This document shows positions 39,546 through 48,734 of a stretch of DNA of 64,000 nt, piece after piece. How positions within the stretch are numbered: the first letter of the stretch is position 1; each line of letters starts with the position of its first letter. This DNA comes from an uncultured Gemmatimonadales bacterium (GTDB taxonomy: Bacteria > Gemmatimonadota > Gemmatimonadetes > Longimicrobiales > Longimicrobiaceae): positions 7,520,001 to 7,584,000 of the forward strand of contig OY970303.1 in the NCBI GenBank assembly GCA_963716255.1, in the 5' to 3' direction. Both the position numbers and the translations under genes were made by a program. A model generated the notes under the pieces. That model saw nothing but the letters and a program-made list of their open reading frames with translations. It did no database searches and was not told where the DNA came from.

Positions 39546-40340
39546 ATGAGCCACGCCTCCGACACCTGGGCCTCGCTCGCCGCCGTGCGGCGGGGGGCGC
39601 CGCTGGTGCACAGCATCACCAACTACGTGTCCATGGATGTCACCGCCAACGCGCTCCTCGCGCTGGGCGCGTCGCCGGCCATGGTGCACGCCGTGGAGGA
39701 GGTGGAGGACTTCGTGTCCATCGCCTCCGCGCTGGTGGTCAACATCGGCACGCTGTCGCCCGCGTGGGTGACGGCCATGGAGCGCGCCGCCGACGGGGCG
39801 CGCGAGCGCGGAAAGCCGTGGGTGCTGGACCCGGTGGGCGCCGGGGCGACGCCCTACCGTACCGGCGTCGCGCGCGCCCTGGCGCGGCGCGGGCCCACCG
39901 TCGTCCGCGGCAACGCGTCGGAGATCCTGGCGCTGGTGGAGGAGGGCAGGGCGGGGAAGGGCGTGGATAGCGCCCACGCCTCCGACGAGGCGAGGGAGGT
40001 GGCCGCCGGCCTGGCACGGGAGCTGGGGTGCGTGGTCGCCGTCACCGGCGCGACCGACTACGTCACCGACGGCTCCGCCGTGCTCGCCGTCGCCAACGGC
40101 CACGCCATGATGACCCGCGTCACCGCGCTGGGGTGCACCGCCAGCGCCTTCGTGGCCGCCTTCGCCGCCGTGGTCCCCGACCCGCTCCGCGCCACCGCCC
40201 ACGCCCTGGCCGTGCTGGGCCTGTGCGGCGAGATCGCCGCGCGCGAGTCCCCCGGCCCCGGCACCCTGCGCTGGCGCATCCTCGACGCCCTCCACCAGCT
40301 CGACGAGCCCGCCGTCCTGGAGGGCGTCCGCATCACCTGA
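39546..40340 (+). CDS. thiM: Hydroxyethylthiazole kinase
   Basis: PLVHSITNYV, ANALLALGASPAM, VLDPVGAG, RGNASEI, VTALGC. Confidence 0.95.
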   Translation: MSHASDTWASLAAVRRGAPLVHSITNYVSMDVTANALLALGASPAMVHAVEEVEDFVSIASALVVNIGTLSPAWVTAMERAADGARERGKPWVLDPVGAGATPYRTGVARALARRGPTVVRGNASEILALVEEGRAGKGVDSAHASDEAREVAAGLARELGCVVAVTGATDYVTDGSAVLAVANGHAMMTRVTALGCTASAFVAAFAAVVPDPLRATAHALAVLGLCGEIAARESPGPGTLRWRILDALHQLDEPAVLEGVRIT

Positions 40341-40424
40341 AAGCGGCGGGGGCGGCATCCACCCGAACGCCGCCCCCGCGCTGCCCGCCGTTTCCGTTGC
40401 AGGCTGTTCCCTGTTCCCTGTCCC

Positions 40425-41819
40425 CTATCCTTCCATCTCCGCCGCGATCTCCCCGCCCAGCAGGATCACAAGCGAGGTCACGTACATCCACAGCAGCAGC
40501 ACGATGAACGCGCCGATGAAGCCGTAGGTGGCGCTGTACGAGCTGAAGTTGGCCACGTACAGGCGGAAGGCGAAGGTCGCCAGCAGCCACAGCGCCGCCG
40601 CGACCGCCGAGGCCTTGAACAGCGTCTTCTTGCAGTCCGACTGGTCCTTGCTGGGAAGCACGTAGTAGATGATCCAGAACGCGGAGGCGATCAGCAGGAA
40701 GGCGAGCGGCCACTGCGCCACGGCCCACACCGCGCGCCCCACGCCCCCCAGCCCCACCGCATCCGAGATCCCCGGCCCGGCCAGAAGCGCCGCGCTCCCC
40801 GCCAGGAAAAGCACCGCCACGGCCAGCAGCACGCCCAGGGCGATCAGCTTCTTCTTCAGCCACCCCCGCGTCTCCTCCACGCCGTAGGCCACGTTCAGCG
40901 TATCCTCCATGGAGTTGAACACGTTGGACGCCGACCACAGCGCCAGCAGCAGCCCCACCGACAGCAGCCCGGGCTTCTGCTCCAGCACCACCTGGCTCAC
41001 GAAGTCGCTCACCAGGCCGGCCGCTTCCGCCGGGAGGGCGCTCTGCAGGCGGGTGCTCACCGTGTTCGCGAACTCCGGCCCGCCGAAGATGCCGGTCATC
41101 GCGAACACCGCCATGAGCGCGGGCGGCAGCGACATGAAGAAGTAGTACGCCACCTTGGCCGCCTGGCCGGCGATGCCGTCCTTCTTGAACTCCGCCCACA
41201 CCCGCTTGGGCAGGCTCCCCCCGGACGCGGCCGGCGCCGCGGCGCGCGTGGTCGATCCGTGAACGTCCGCGCCGCGCCTTTCCCCGGGGGCCGAGCGGGG
41301 ACGTCCGGCCGCCATCGTGGGCGCGGCCACCGGGCCGCCGTGGCCGCCGGCGCTCGAAGCGTCGTCGCCAGCGCGGCCGGAGAGCGCGGCGCGCAGCTCC
41401 GCCGCCTCGCCCTGCGCCCAGGCCTGCGTGTCGCGCAGCGTCGCCACGGTTTCCTGGGGGGCCATCCGCACGGTGCGCAGGTGGCGCAGCGCGCGCAGCG
41501 CCATGAACGCCCCCACCGCCACGAAGAGCAGCCCCACGATGAGCGCCGCCAGCCAGTAGTTGTCCAGCAGGTCGCCCAGCCCCGCCACCAGGAACGCCAC
41601 CATCACCAGCCCGCCCAGCGCGGCCACCACCCCCCACACGGCCATGCTTCCCACGTCCTGGGCGAGCGCCCCCACGTTGCGGCGCATCTCCGTCTTGGCG
41701 AGCGACACCTCCTGCCGGATCAGGACCGACGCGTCCGCGCTCAGGTCGCGGAAGAGCGAGCCCAGCGAGCGGCCCTCGCCGCCGTCCGGCGCGGCGTCGT
41801 CTACGTCGAAGCGGCGCAT
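40425..41819 (-). CDS. Phage-holin-family (DUF1469/YqjE-like) domain fused to YihY/BrkB membrane protein
   Basis: N-terminal SLGSLFRDLSADASVLIRQEVSLAKTE...PQETVATL; C-terminal AAKVAYYFFMSLPP, ALWSAS, YSATYGFIGAFIVLLLWMY. Confidence 0.85.
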   Translation of the reverse strand: MRRFDVDDAAPDGGEGRSLGSLFRDLSADASVLIRQEVSLAKTEMRRNVGALAQDVGSMAVWGVVAALGGLVMVAFLVAGLGDLLDNYWLAALIVGLLFVAVGAFMALRALRHLRTVRMAPQETVATLRDTQAWAQGEAAELRAALSGRAGDDASSAGGHGGPVAAPTMAAGRPRSAPGERRGADVHGSTTRAAAPAASGGSLPKRVWAEFKKDGIAGQAAKVAYYFFMSLPPALMAVFAMTGIFGGPEFANTVSTRLQSALPAEAAGLVSDFVSQVVLEQKPGLLSVGLLLALWSASNVFNSMEDTLNVAYGVEETRGWLKKKLIALGVLLAVAVLFLAGSAALLAGPGISDAVGLGGVGRAVWAVAQWPLAFLLIASAFWIIYYVLPSKDQSDCKKTLFKASAVAAALWLLATFAFRLYVANFSSYSATYGFIGAFIVLLLWMYVTSLVILLGGEIAAEMEG

Positions 41820-41961
41820 GGTTCCAGGGGTGCGCGGGTGGCGGTGCAAACACACTTTTCCGGGGGCGGAATTCGCAAGATCCTTGCCCCGCCCGTCGTG
41901 CGCGGCCTACCTTGCGCCGGGGGCGGGTTTTTCGGACGGACTGCGACGGACGGGGACGGCC

Positions 41962-42453
41962 ATGCGGAGGGAGTCTCACCAGGCGGCGGGGGTCGTGGTG
42001 TACCGCGACGGCGAGGGCGGACGCACCTTTCTCCTCCTCCGCTCCCGCGTCACGCGGACCCCCATGTGGGAGTTCCCCAAGGGTGGGGTGGAGGAGGGCG
42101 AGACGGAGCGCGAGGCCGCCGAGCGGGAGCTTCGCGAGGAGACCGGGCTGGCGGCGGACGACGTGGAGGTGAGCGAGGGGTTCGTAGCCGAGGAGCGCTA
42201 CTTCTTCACGCTGGGCCAGGCCGGCGCGCGCCGCCTGGTGGTGAAGCGGGTCACCTACTACCTGGCCCGCGCCCTGGTGGACCGCGTACGCATCTCCCAC
42301 GAGGCGAGCGACTTCCGCTGGCTCCCCTACACCGAGGCGCGGCGCCTGGTGCGCTTCCGCGCCAAGCAGGATGTGCTTGCCCGCGCCGAGGCGTGGCTGG
42401 CGGAACGGGGAATGGAAGTGCGAAAGTGCGAAAGTGCGAAAGTGCGGGAGTGA
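41962..42453 (+). CDS. NUDIX hydrolase (asymmetrical Ap4A hydrolase-like)
   Basis: WEFPKGGVEEGETEREAAERELREETGL Nudix box; ISHEAS..W. Confidence 0.9.
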   Translation: MRRESHQAAGVVVYRDGEGGRTFLLLRSRVTRTPMWEFPKGGVEEGETEREAAERELREETGLAADDVEVSEGFVAEERYFFTLGQAGARRLVVKRVTYYLARALVDRVRISHEASDFRWLPYTEARRLVRFRAKQDVLARAEAWLAERGMEVRKCESAKVRE

Positions 42454-42500
42454 TCATCCGGTGCACGCATAGCGTGCGGCGGCACGAAGTACGAAGTACG

Positions 42501-42540
42501 GGAAAGCCCCTCCGGCCACGACGGCCGGAGGGGCTTTTCC
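42501..42540. terminator. Bidirectional intrinsic terminator between convergent genes
   Basis: AAAGCCCCTCCGGCC-ACGAC-GGCCGGAGGGGCTTTT. Confidence 0.8.
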
Positions 42541-42557
42541 GTTCGCGTGCGTGCGGC

Positions 42558-43844
42558 CTACTCGGACGGGACCGGGGCGGAGGCGGCGACGGGGAGGCGG
42601 ACGGTGAACGTGCTGCCGCGGCCGGGCTCGCTCCCGGCGCGGATGGCGCCGCCGTGGCGCTCGGCGACCATGCGGGCGATGGCCAGCCCCAGGCCGGTGC
42701 CGCCGGCGCGGGTGCGCGCCTCGTCGCCGCGGTAGAAGCGGTCGAAGACGCGCGGCAGCTCTTCCGCGGCGATCCCGGTGCCGGTGTCCTGCACGGACAC
42801 CTCCACCACCCGGCGCTCGCCGTCCTCCTCCCCGGCGGGGGCGCCCAGGCGCAGGGTGACGACCCCGGAGTCGGTGAACTTGACGGCGTTGGAAACCAGG
42901 TTGAGGAACAGCTGCCTCAGCGGGCGCTCCTCGCCGGGGACCGCCACCGGGCCCACGGCCTCCAGGCGCACCTCCACCGGCTTGCCCACGGCCAGCGCCG
43001 CGCCGATCTCGCGCACGTCCTCCAGCAGCGGCAGCAGCTGCACCGGCCGCGCGCCCACCCCCTCCGCCGACTCCTCGCCGCGGGCCAGCGTCAGCAGACC
43101 CTCCACCAGGCCCAGCATCCAGTGCGTCTCGTCCAGCACCTCGCCCAGCGTTTCGCGCAGCTCCCCGGCCGGGCGCTCCCGCGCCAGCGCCACCTGCGCC
43201 GAGCCCTGGATGGCGGTGAGCGGCGTGCGCAGTTCGTGGCTGGCGTCGGCGGTGAAGCGGCGCAGCGCGTCCACCGCGCGCTCCAGCCGCTCGAGCATGC
43301 CGTTGACCGCCAGCGAAAGCTCCTGGAGCTCCGCGGGGCGCTCCGGCACCTCCACGCGCCGCGACAGCCCGCCGATGCCGATCTCCCGCGTGGCTCCCAC
43401 CAGCCGGTCCAGCGGGCGCAGGATGCGGTCGGCGAGGGAGCGGCCGCCCATGGCCGCCGCGGCTGCGGTGACCGGGATGAGGATGAGCGAGATCACCAGG
43501 AAGGTGCGCAGCGCGCGTCCCTCCACGTCGCCGGTGCGCGCCACGTAGATGTCCAGCACGTCGCCGTTGGGGAGCCGCGAGCGCCGCAGCAGCGCCTCCA
43601 CGTCGCCCTTGCCGGGCTTCACCTGCCTTTCCTCCATGGTGACCCGCGGCACGTGCTGCGGGATGATGAGCTGCTCCGCGGTGAGCGCGGACTGCCGCAG
43701 CGAGGCCGTCCCAGCCCCCGCCAGCGTCTGCGCCAGGATCAGGTAGGTGAGCCCCGCGAAAAGCGTCAGCGCCACCAGCAGCACCACGGAGTACCACAGG
43801 ACGATCTCCCGGCGCAGCGACGGCGGGCGGGGTCGTTGGATCAT
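42558..43844 (-). CDS. Sensor histidine kinase (HAMP-HisKA-HATPase)
   Basis: FTADASHELRTPL, NLVSNAVKFT, DTGTGI, GTGLGLAI. Confidence 0.95.
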   Translation of the reverse strand: MIQRPRPPSLRREIVLWYSVVLLVALTLFAGLTYLILAQTLAGAGTASLRQSALTAEQLIIPQHVPRVTMEERQVKPGKGDVEALLRRSRLPNGDVLDIYVARTGDVEGRALRTFLVISLILIPVTAAAAAMGGRSLADRILRPLDRLVGATREIGIGGLSRRVEVPERPAELQELSLAVNGMLERLERAVDALRRFTADASHELRTPLTAIQGSAQVALARERPAGELRETLGEVLDETHWMLGLVEGLLTLARGEESAEGVGARPVQLLPLLEDVREIGAALAVGKPVEVRLEAVGPVAVPGEERPLRQLFLNLVSNAVKFTDSGVVTLRLGAPAGEEDGERRVVEVSVQDTGTGIAAEELPRVFDRFYRGDEARTRAGGTGLGLAIARMVAERHGGAIRAGSEPGRGSTFTVRLPVAASAPVPSE

Positions 43845-43969
43845 GAGGAAGGGCACGGAACAGGAAAAAGGCAGGGAACAGGGAACAGGAAACAGCCTGC
43901 TTCACACGGTGCACGCGAAGCGTGCAGCGCCACGACGGCTCCCCTCCCGCGGACGCCAGCGCGGGACCC

Positions 43970-44102
43970 GCGTGAGGGATTTCGGCCCGAAGGGGCGAGA
44001 CCCGGCGGGGCTGTTTCCGCCGGGGCTCGACTCCGTTGGGCTGCGTTGTTTGCAGCCCTACGGAGCCGAAGCCCGACCCCGGCGCCAGCCGGGGGCACGC
44101 CC
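43970..44102 (+). repeat. ~130-nt structured repeat, copy 9 (between response regulator and kinase)
   Basis: Full consensus match. Confidence 0.95.
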
Positions 44103-44121
44103 GACCCCAGGTCGTATGGGT

Positions 44122-44802
44122 TCAACTTCCCTCCTCGTCGGGAGTGCGCACGATGTAGCCGACGCCGCGCACGGTCTGGATGACCCGGCGCTCGGGGTCC
44201 AGTTTGTTTCGCAGCGAGTTGATGAACACGTCCACCACGTTGGTCCCGGGGTCGAAGCGGATCCCCCACACGTGCTCCATGAGCACGGCGCGCGACAGGG
44301 GACGGTCGGCGTTGCGCACCAGGTACTCCAGCAGCGCGAACTCCTTGGGCGTCAGCTCCACCTTCTCGCCGCCGCGCCGGACCTCGTGCGAGGCGGGGTC
44401 CAGCTCCAGGTCGCCGGCCCGGAGCACGGCGGGCGCTCCCCCCCCCGTGCGGCGCAGCAGCGCCCGCAGGCGGGCCGCCAGCTCGGGGAAGTCGAAGGGC
44501 TTGGTCAGGTAGTCGTCCGCGCCGGCGTCCAGCCCCTCCACCTTGTCCTCCACGCGGTCGCGCGCGGTGAGCAGGAGCACCGGGAAGGTGATCCCCGCCT
44601 CGCGCAGGTCGTGCACCAGCTGGGTGCCGCTGCGCCCGGGGAGCATCACGTCCACCACGGCGGCGTCGAACCCCTCGGCGGACGCCTTGCGGAAGGCGGT
44701 GTCGCCGTCCTCCGCGGTCTCCACGGTGTACCCTTCCTCGCGCAGTCCCTTCCGCAGGAAACCCAGGATTCCTACGCTGTCTTCCACCACCAGGATCCGC
44801 AT
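44122..44802 (-). CDS. OmpR/PhoB-family response regulator
   Basis: MRILVVED, DVMLP, GADDYLTKPF, LTPKEFALL, TVRGVGY. Confidence 0.97.
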   Translation of the reverse strand: MRILVVEDSVGILGFLRKGLREEGYTVETAEDGDTAFRKASAEGFDAAVVDVMLPGRSGTQLVHDLREAGITFPVLLLTARDRVEDKVEGLDAGADDYLTKPFDFPELAARLRALLRRTGGGAPAVLRAGDLELDPASHEVRRGGEKVELTPKEFALLEYLVRNADRPLSRAVLMEHVWGIRFDPGTNVVDVFINSLRNKLDPERRVIQTVRGVGYIVRTPDEEGS

Positions 44803-44811
44803 GGCCGCTGT

Positions 44812-44849
44812 ATTAACGGGGTTTAATAGAGCCCTAATTCTTCCTTAAC
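44812..44849. promoter_or_regulatory. Four YTAA direct repeats at 10-11 bp spacing (putative OmpR-family binding site)
   Basis: TAA at 44814, 44824, 44835, 44846 in an AT-rich island between the divergent regulator and degP. Confidence 0.6.
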
Positions 44850-44939
44850 CGAACCCCGGAACGGGCCTTCGCGCGGCCGGGTAGGAAGCCGCGGAACCAG
44901 GATCACGGTCCCTGAAACGCTCACGGGAGGTTGCACAAG

Positions 44940-46436
44940 ATGAACAGGATCCGCAAGCTCGTGGTGCCGGGCGCGCTGGTCGTCGGGATGGGGGTCGCGG
45001 CGACGGCGATGGAAGTGGCGAAGGACCCCCTCCCGGACCTGGGCGCCCAGGCGGTGCAGCAGCCGTCCGTGGCGGCGCGGATCCCCGGCCCGGAGTCGCT
45101 GTCGTCGGCGTTCCGCAGCGCCAGCAGGGGGACCCTTCCCGCGGTGGTGTACGTCAAGTACGAGACGGCCGCGCGCACGGTGGCTTCGCAGGTCCCGGAC
45201 CAGTTCCGGGGAACCCCCATGGAGCAGTTCTTCGGGGGCGGGCGGCAGATGGTGATGCCGCCGGAGGAGGGGAGCGGGTCGGGCTTCATCATCAGCGAGG
45301 ACGGCTACGTCCTCACCAACAACCACGTGGTGGCCAACGCGTCGCGGGTGACGGTGGTGCTGGCCGACAAGCGCGAGCTGAGCGCCCGGGTGGTGGGGCG
45401 CGATCCCAACACCGACATCGCGGTGCTCAAGGTGGACGCGAAGGGGCTGCCGGTGGCGCGGCTGGGCGAGGCGGAGACGCTGCAGACGGGAGACTGGGTG
45501 CTGGCGCTGGGCTACCCCATGTCGCTGGGGCAGACCACCACGGCGGGGATCGTGAGCGCCAAGGGGCGCTCGCTGGGAATCATGCAGCGCGACCGCACGG
45601 CGACGGCGCCGCTGGAGCACTTCATCCAGACGGACGCGGCCATCAACCCCGGCAACTCGGGCGGGCCGCTGGTGGACCTGAACGGCCGCGTGGTGGGAAT
45701 CAACACGGCGATCGCCTCGCCCACGGGGTTCTACGCGGGCTACGGCTTCGCGGTGCCCATCGACCTGGCGAAGCGCGTGGCCGAGGACCTGATGCGCGAC
45801 GGCCAGGTGCACCGCCCCATGCTGGGCGTGGCGATCCGCGCGGTCACCCCGGCCGACGCGGAGGTGTTCCGCCTGCCGAGCGCCAACGGCGCGGTGGTGT
45901 ACACGGAGCCCAGGGCCCCCGCCAAGGACGCGGGCGTGCGCATGGGCGACGTGATCGTGGCGGTGGACGGGCAGGCGGTGGGCGACGACGGCGACCTCAA
46001 GGCGGCGCTGCTGGCGAAGCGCCCCGGCGAGCGGGTGACGCTGGACCTGGTGCGCTACGGCAGCCGCCAGCGCGCGACGGTGAAGCTGGGCGAGCTGGAG
46101 CTGGAGCAGGTGCGCGACGAAGCCCCGGCGGAGGAATCGCGGGAGCCCACCGGCCGGCTTGGGTTCAGCGTGATGCAGGTGACGCCGCAGGTGGCCCGCC
46201 AGTACGAGCTGCCTTTTTCGGACGGCGTGGTGGTGACGCAGGTGGACCGCGGCGGTCCCGCCGCCAGCGCCCTGGCCGGCGGGATGCGGGTGGAGCGGCT
46301 GAACGGCCGCGCGGTGAGGACGGTGGAGGACGTCCGCGCCGCGGCGTCGGGGCTCAGGGCGGGGCAGGTGGTGTCCATCGTGGCCCGCACGCCGGAAGGG
46401 CAGCAGGCGATCGTGAACTACCGGGTCGGAGAGTGA
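44940..46436 (+). CDS. degP: DegP/HtrA (Do family) serine protease with two PDZ domains
   Basis: GSGFII, TNNHVV, TDIAVLK, QTDAAINPGNSGGPL. Confidence 0.93.
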   Translation: MNRIRKLVVPGALVVGMGVAATAMEVAKDPLPDLGAQAVQQPSVAARIPGPESLSSAFRSASRGTLPAVVYVKYETAARTVASQVPDQFRGTPMEQFFGGGRQMVMPPEEGSGSGFIISEDGYVLTNNHVVANASRVTVVLADKRELSARVVGRDPNTDIAVLKVDAKGLPVARLGEAETLQTGDWVLALGYPMSLGQTTTAGIVSAKGRSLGIMQRDRTATAPLEHFIQTDAAINPGNSGGPLVDLNGRVVGINTAIASPTGFYAGYGFAVPIDLAKRVAEDLMRDGQVHRPMLGVAIRAVTPADAEVFRLPSANGAVVYTEPRAPAKDAGVRMGDVIVAVDGQAVGDDGDLKAALLAKRPGERVTLDLVRYGSRQRATVKLGELELEQVRDEAPAEESREPTGRLGFSVMQVTPQVARQYELPFSDGVVVTQVDRGGPAASALAGGMRVERLNGRAVRTVEDVRAAASGLRAGQVVSIVARTPEGQQAIVNYRVGE

Positions 46437-46491
46437 GGCGGCGGGGTTGAGGGTATAGATGAGGGGGGGAGGTACGGAGTACGCAGTACGT

Positions 46492-46533
46492 GAAAGGCGC
46501 CTCCGCCGGGAGATCCCGGCGGGGGCACCTTTC
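46492..46533. terminator. Hairpin downstream of degP (likely bidirectional terminator)
   Basis: GAAAGG.GCC.CCGCCGGGA-G-A-TCCCGGCGG.GGC.CCTTTC imperfect inverted repeat. Confidence 0.6.
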
Positions 46534-46552
46534 TGCGGTCGCGTCGCAAGTT

Positions 46553-46685
46553 GCGTGAGGGATTTCGGCCCGGAGGGGCGAGACCCGGCGGGGCTGTTTC
46601 CGCCGGGGCTCGACTCCGTTAGCCCGCGTTGTTTGCGGGCTTACGGAGCCGAAGCCCGACCCCGGCGACAGCCGGGGGCACGCCC
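46553..46685 (+). repeat. ~130-nt structured repeat, copy 10
   Basis: Full consensus match; GGA triloop variant. Confidence 0.95.
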
Positions 46686-46701
46686 GAACCCGCTGTAGCT
46701 T

Positions 46702-47289
46702 CTAAAGCTCCAATCCCTTGCGCACGTTCACCTTCGCATACGCCTCCGCCTGCTTCTGCTTCATGTACAGGGCGTACCGCGCCATGGACGCGGTGATCAC
46801 GGCGCGGGCGGCGGCGGCGTCCTCCCAGCCCAGCGGCGTGACCCGTACGCCCTCCAGGTCCTTGTAGACGGAAAAGAAGTGCTCCACCTCCTTGAGGAAG
46901 TGGCTCGCCACGTCACCGACGTCGTGGAACTCGTCGTAAAGCGGGTCGTTGCAGGGGACGCACAGGATCTTCTCGTCCATCTCGTCCCGGTCCTTCATGC
47001 GGAACAGCCCCACGGGGCGCACGTCGATCTCGCAGCCGGGGAAGGTGGGGACGGTCACCATCACCAGCGCGTCCAGCGGGTCGTCGTCCTCGGCGTAGGT
47101 CTGCGGGAAGAAGCCGTAGTCGCCGGGGTAGTGCACCGCGCTGTACAGCACGCGGTCCAGCCGGAACATCCCGGTCTTCTTGTCCAGCTCGTACTTGTTG
47201 CGGCTCCCCCGGGGGATCTCCACGATCGCCCGCATCTGGGTGGGCGGGTTCAGGCCGGGCTCCAGCTCGTGCCACGGGTTGATCATCAT
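46702..47289 (-). CDS. ppa: Soluble family I inorganic pyrophosphatase
   Basis: EIPRGSRNKYE, YPGDYG, DDDPLDALV, HFFSVYKDLE. Confidence 0.95.
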   Translation of the reverse strand: MMINPWHELEPGLNPPTQMRAIVEIPRGSRNKYELDKKTGMFRLDRVLYSAVHYPGDYGFFPQTYAEDDDPLDALVMVTVPTFPGCEIDVRPVGLFRMKDRDEMDEKILCVPCNDPLYDEFHDVGDVASHFLKEVEHFFSVYKDLEGVRVTPLGWEDAAAARAVITASMARYALYMKQKQAEAYAKVNVRKGLEL

Positions 47290-47484
47290 ATCGGTCTGCG
47301 ATCCATCGTTGCGGTTCCGGTCTGCGCCCCGCGCGGACGCGGGGTCTTTCGGGCCCGCCGGGCGGCCCGCGGGGGGCGAAATCTAAGCCCGCGGGGAATG
47401 CGTTGACACCCCCGGAGCGCGGGCCTACCTTGCCGCCGCACACCGTCTGCAGCCCCCCGACCCGCCACAAGGACAGGTCCCAAC

Positions 47485-48330
47485 GTGCTTCTCGGAGCCC
47501 ACGTTTCCACCGCGGGCGGCGTCCGCAACGCCCCGCTGCGCGCGGAGGAGATCGGCGCCACCGCCATCCAGGTGTTCACCAAGCAGCCCAACCGCTGGGC
47601 GGAGCCGGTCTGCGGCGAGGAGGACGTGCGCGGCTTCACCGGCGGCGTGCGGGAGCGGGGGATCGGGTTCGCCAACTCGCACGACTCCTACCTGATCAAC
47701 CTGGCCTCGGCCGACCCGGTCCTCCGCGACCGCTCGCTGGCCTCGTTCAAGGCGGAGCTGCGCCGCTCGGTGGAGCTGGAGCTGGACGCGGTGGTCACCC
47801 ACCCCGGAAACGCGACCGACGGCGACCGCTTGCGCGGCCTGGCGCAGAACGCGGCACTGATCGAGGAGGCGATGGCGGAGGTGCCCGGCCGCACGCTGGT
47901 GCTGCTGGAGACCACGGCGGGGGCGGGGACGGCGCTGGGCGCGACCTTCGAGGAGCTGGCGGAGATGATCGAGCGCATCTCGCCGGAGCACCGGGCGCGG
48001 GTGGGGGTCTGCCTGGACACCTGCCACGTGTACTCGGCCGGCTACGACCTGGTGGGCGACTACGAGGGGGTGGTCGCGAACCTGGCGGACAGCGTGGGGC
48101 TGGAGCGGCTGAAGCTCTTCCACCTCAACGACTCGCAGTGCCCGTTCGGGAGCCGGAAGGACCGCCACGCGGAGATCGGCGAGGGGTCGCTGGGCGACGC
48201 GCCCTTCCGGCGCATCATGACGGACGAGCGCTTCGCGGCGGTCCCCAAGGTGCTGGAAACGCCCAAGGGCGACGACCACACGGCGGCGGACCGCCGCAAC
48301 CTGGCCCGGCTGCGCTCGTTCCTGGGGTGA
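47485..48330 (+). CDS. nfo: Endonuclease IV
   Basis: GAHVSTAGG, HDSYLINLA, HPG, LETTAG, CLDTCH, HLNDS, DRH, LETP. Confidence 0.95.
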   Translation: MLLGAHVSTAGGVRNAPLRAEEIGATAIQVFTKQPNRWAEPVCGEEDVRGFTGGVRERGIGFANSHDSYLINLASADPVLRDRSLASFKAELRRSVELELDAVVTHPGNATDGDRLRGLAQNAALIEEAMAEVPGRTLVLLETTAGAGTALGATFEELAEMIERISPEHRARVGVCLDTCHVYSAGYDLVGDYEGVVANLADSVGLERLKLFHLNDSQCPFGSRKDRHAEIGEGSLGDAPFRRIMTDERFAAVPKVLETPKGDDHTAADRRNLARLRSFLG

Positions 48331-48374
48331 GCGCCCGGAACCGTGCCCGCCTCCGGGGGTACCCCACCGCTCAC

Positions 48375-48734
48375 ATGACCGCCCCGTCCCCGCTCCGCAG
48401 CTGGGCTCACCTGAGCCTGATCGTGGCCGCCCTGCTGCAGTTCGCGGGGGCGGCGGCGGGTCCGTGGGCGCACGAGCTGGGGCGCGGGCACTCGTCCGGC
48501 CACACGCTCTGCGCGCCGGAGCGGCACGGCCCGCACGACCCGGTCTCGCACGACGAGCTGGCGTGCTGGGCGTGGCAGGCGTTCTCCTCGGTGGCTCCGC
48601 CCGCCGCGGACCCGCCCCTCCCGGTCCGCTCCGCGGACACGGTCGCGGTCCTCCCCGCGGCCGAGCTCGGCCTTCCCTCCATCGCTCTCGCCCGCGCCCG
48701 GGCGCGGGCGCCTCCCCCTCCCACGAACGTGTGA
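48375..48734 (+). CDS. DUF2946/CruR/CutF-like leader ORF with C-terminal RAPP motif
   Basis: N-terminal hydrophobic segment, His-rich linker, ACWAWQ, ends RARARAPPPPTNV; directly upstream of a metal-uptake operon. Confidence 0.75.
   Translation: MTAPSPLRSWAHLSLIVAALLQFAGAAAGPWAHELGRGHSSGHTLCAPERHGPHDPVSHDELACWAWQAFSSVAPPAADPPLPVRSADTVAVLPAAELGLPSIALARARARAPPPPTNV

Noticed and set aside
40425..41819. Prophage signal from the holin-family domain
   Set aside because: No other phage genes; this family is commonly chromosomal.
43747..44826. Recurring peptide strings ([19 protein letters not shown]) in many ORFs
   Set aside because: These are translations of the non-coding repeat. Copies differ by indels and substitutions follow base pairing, not codons.
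33179..47289. Functional link between hppA and ppa
   Set aside because: They are 11 kb apart in separate transcription units, and co-occurrence in a genome is common.
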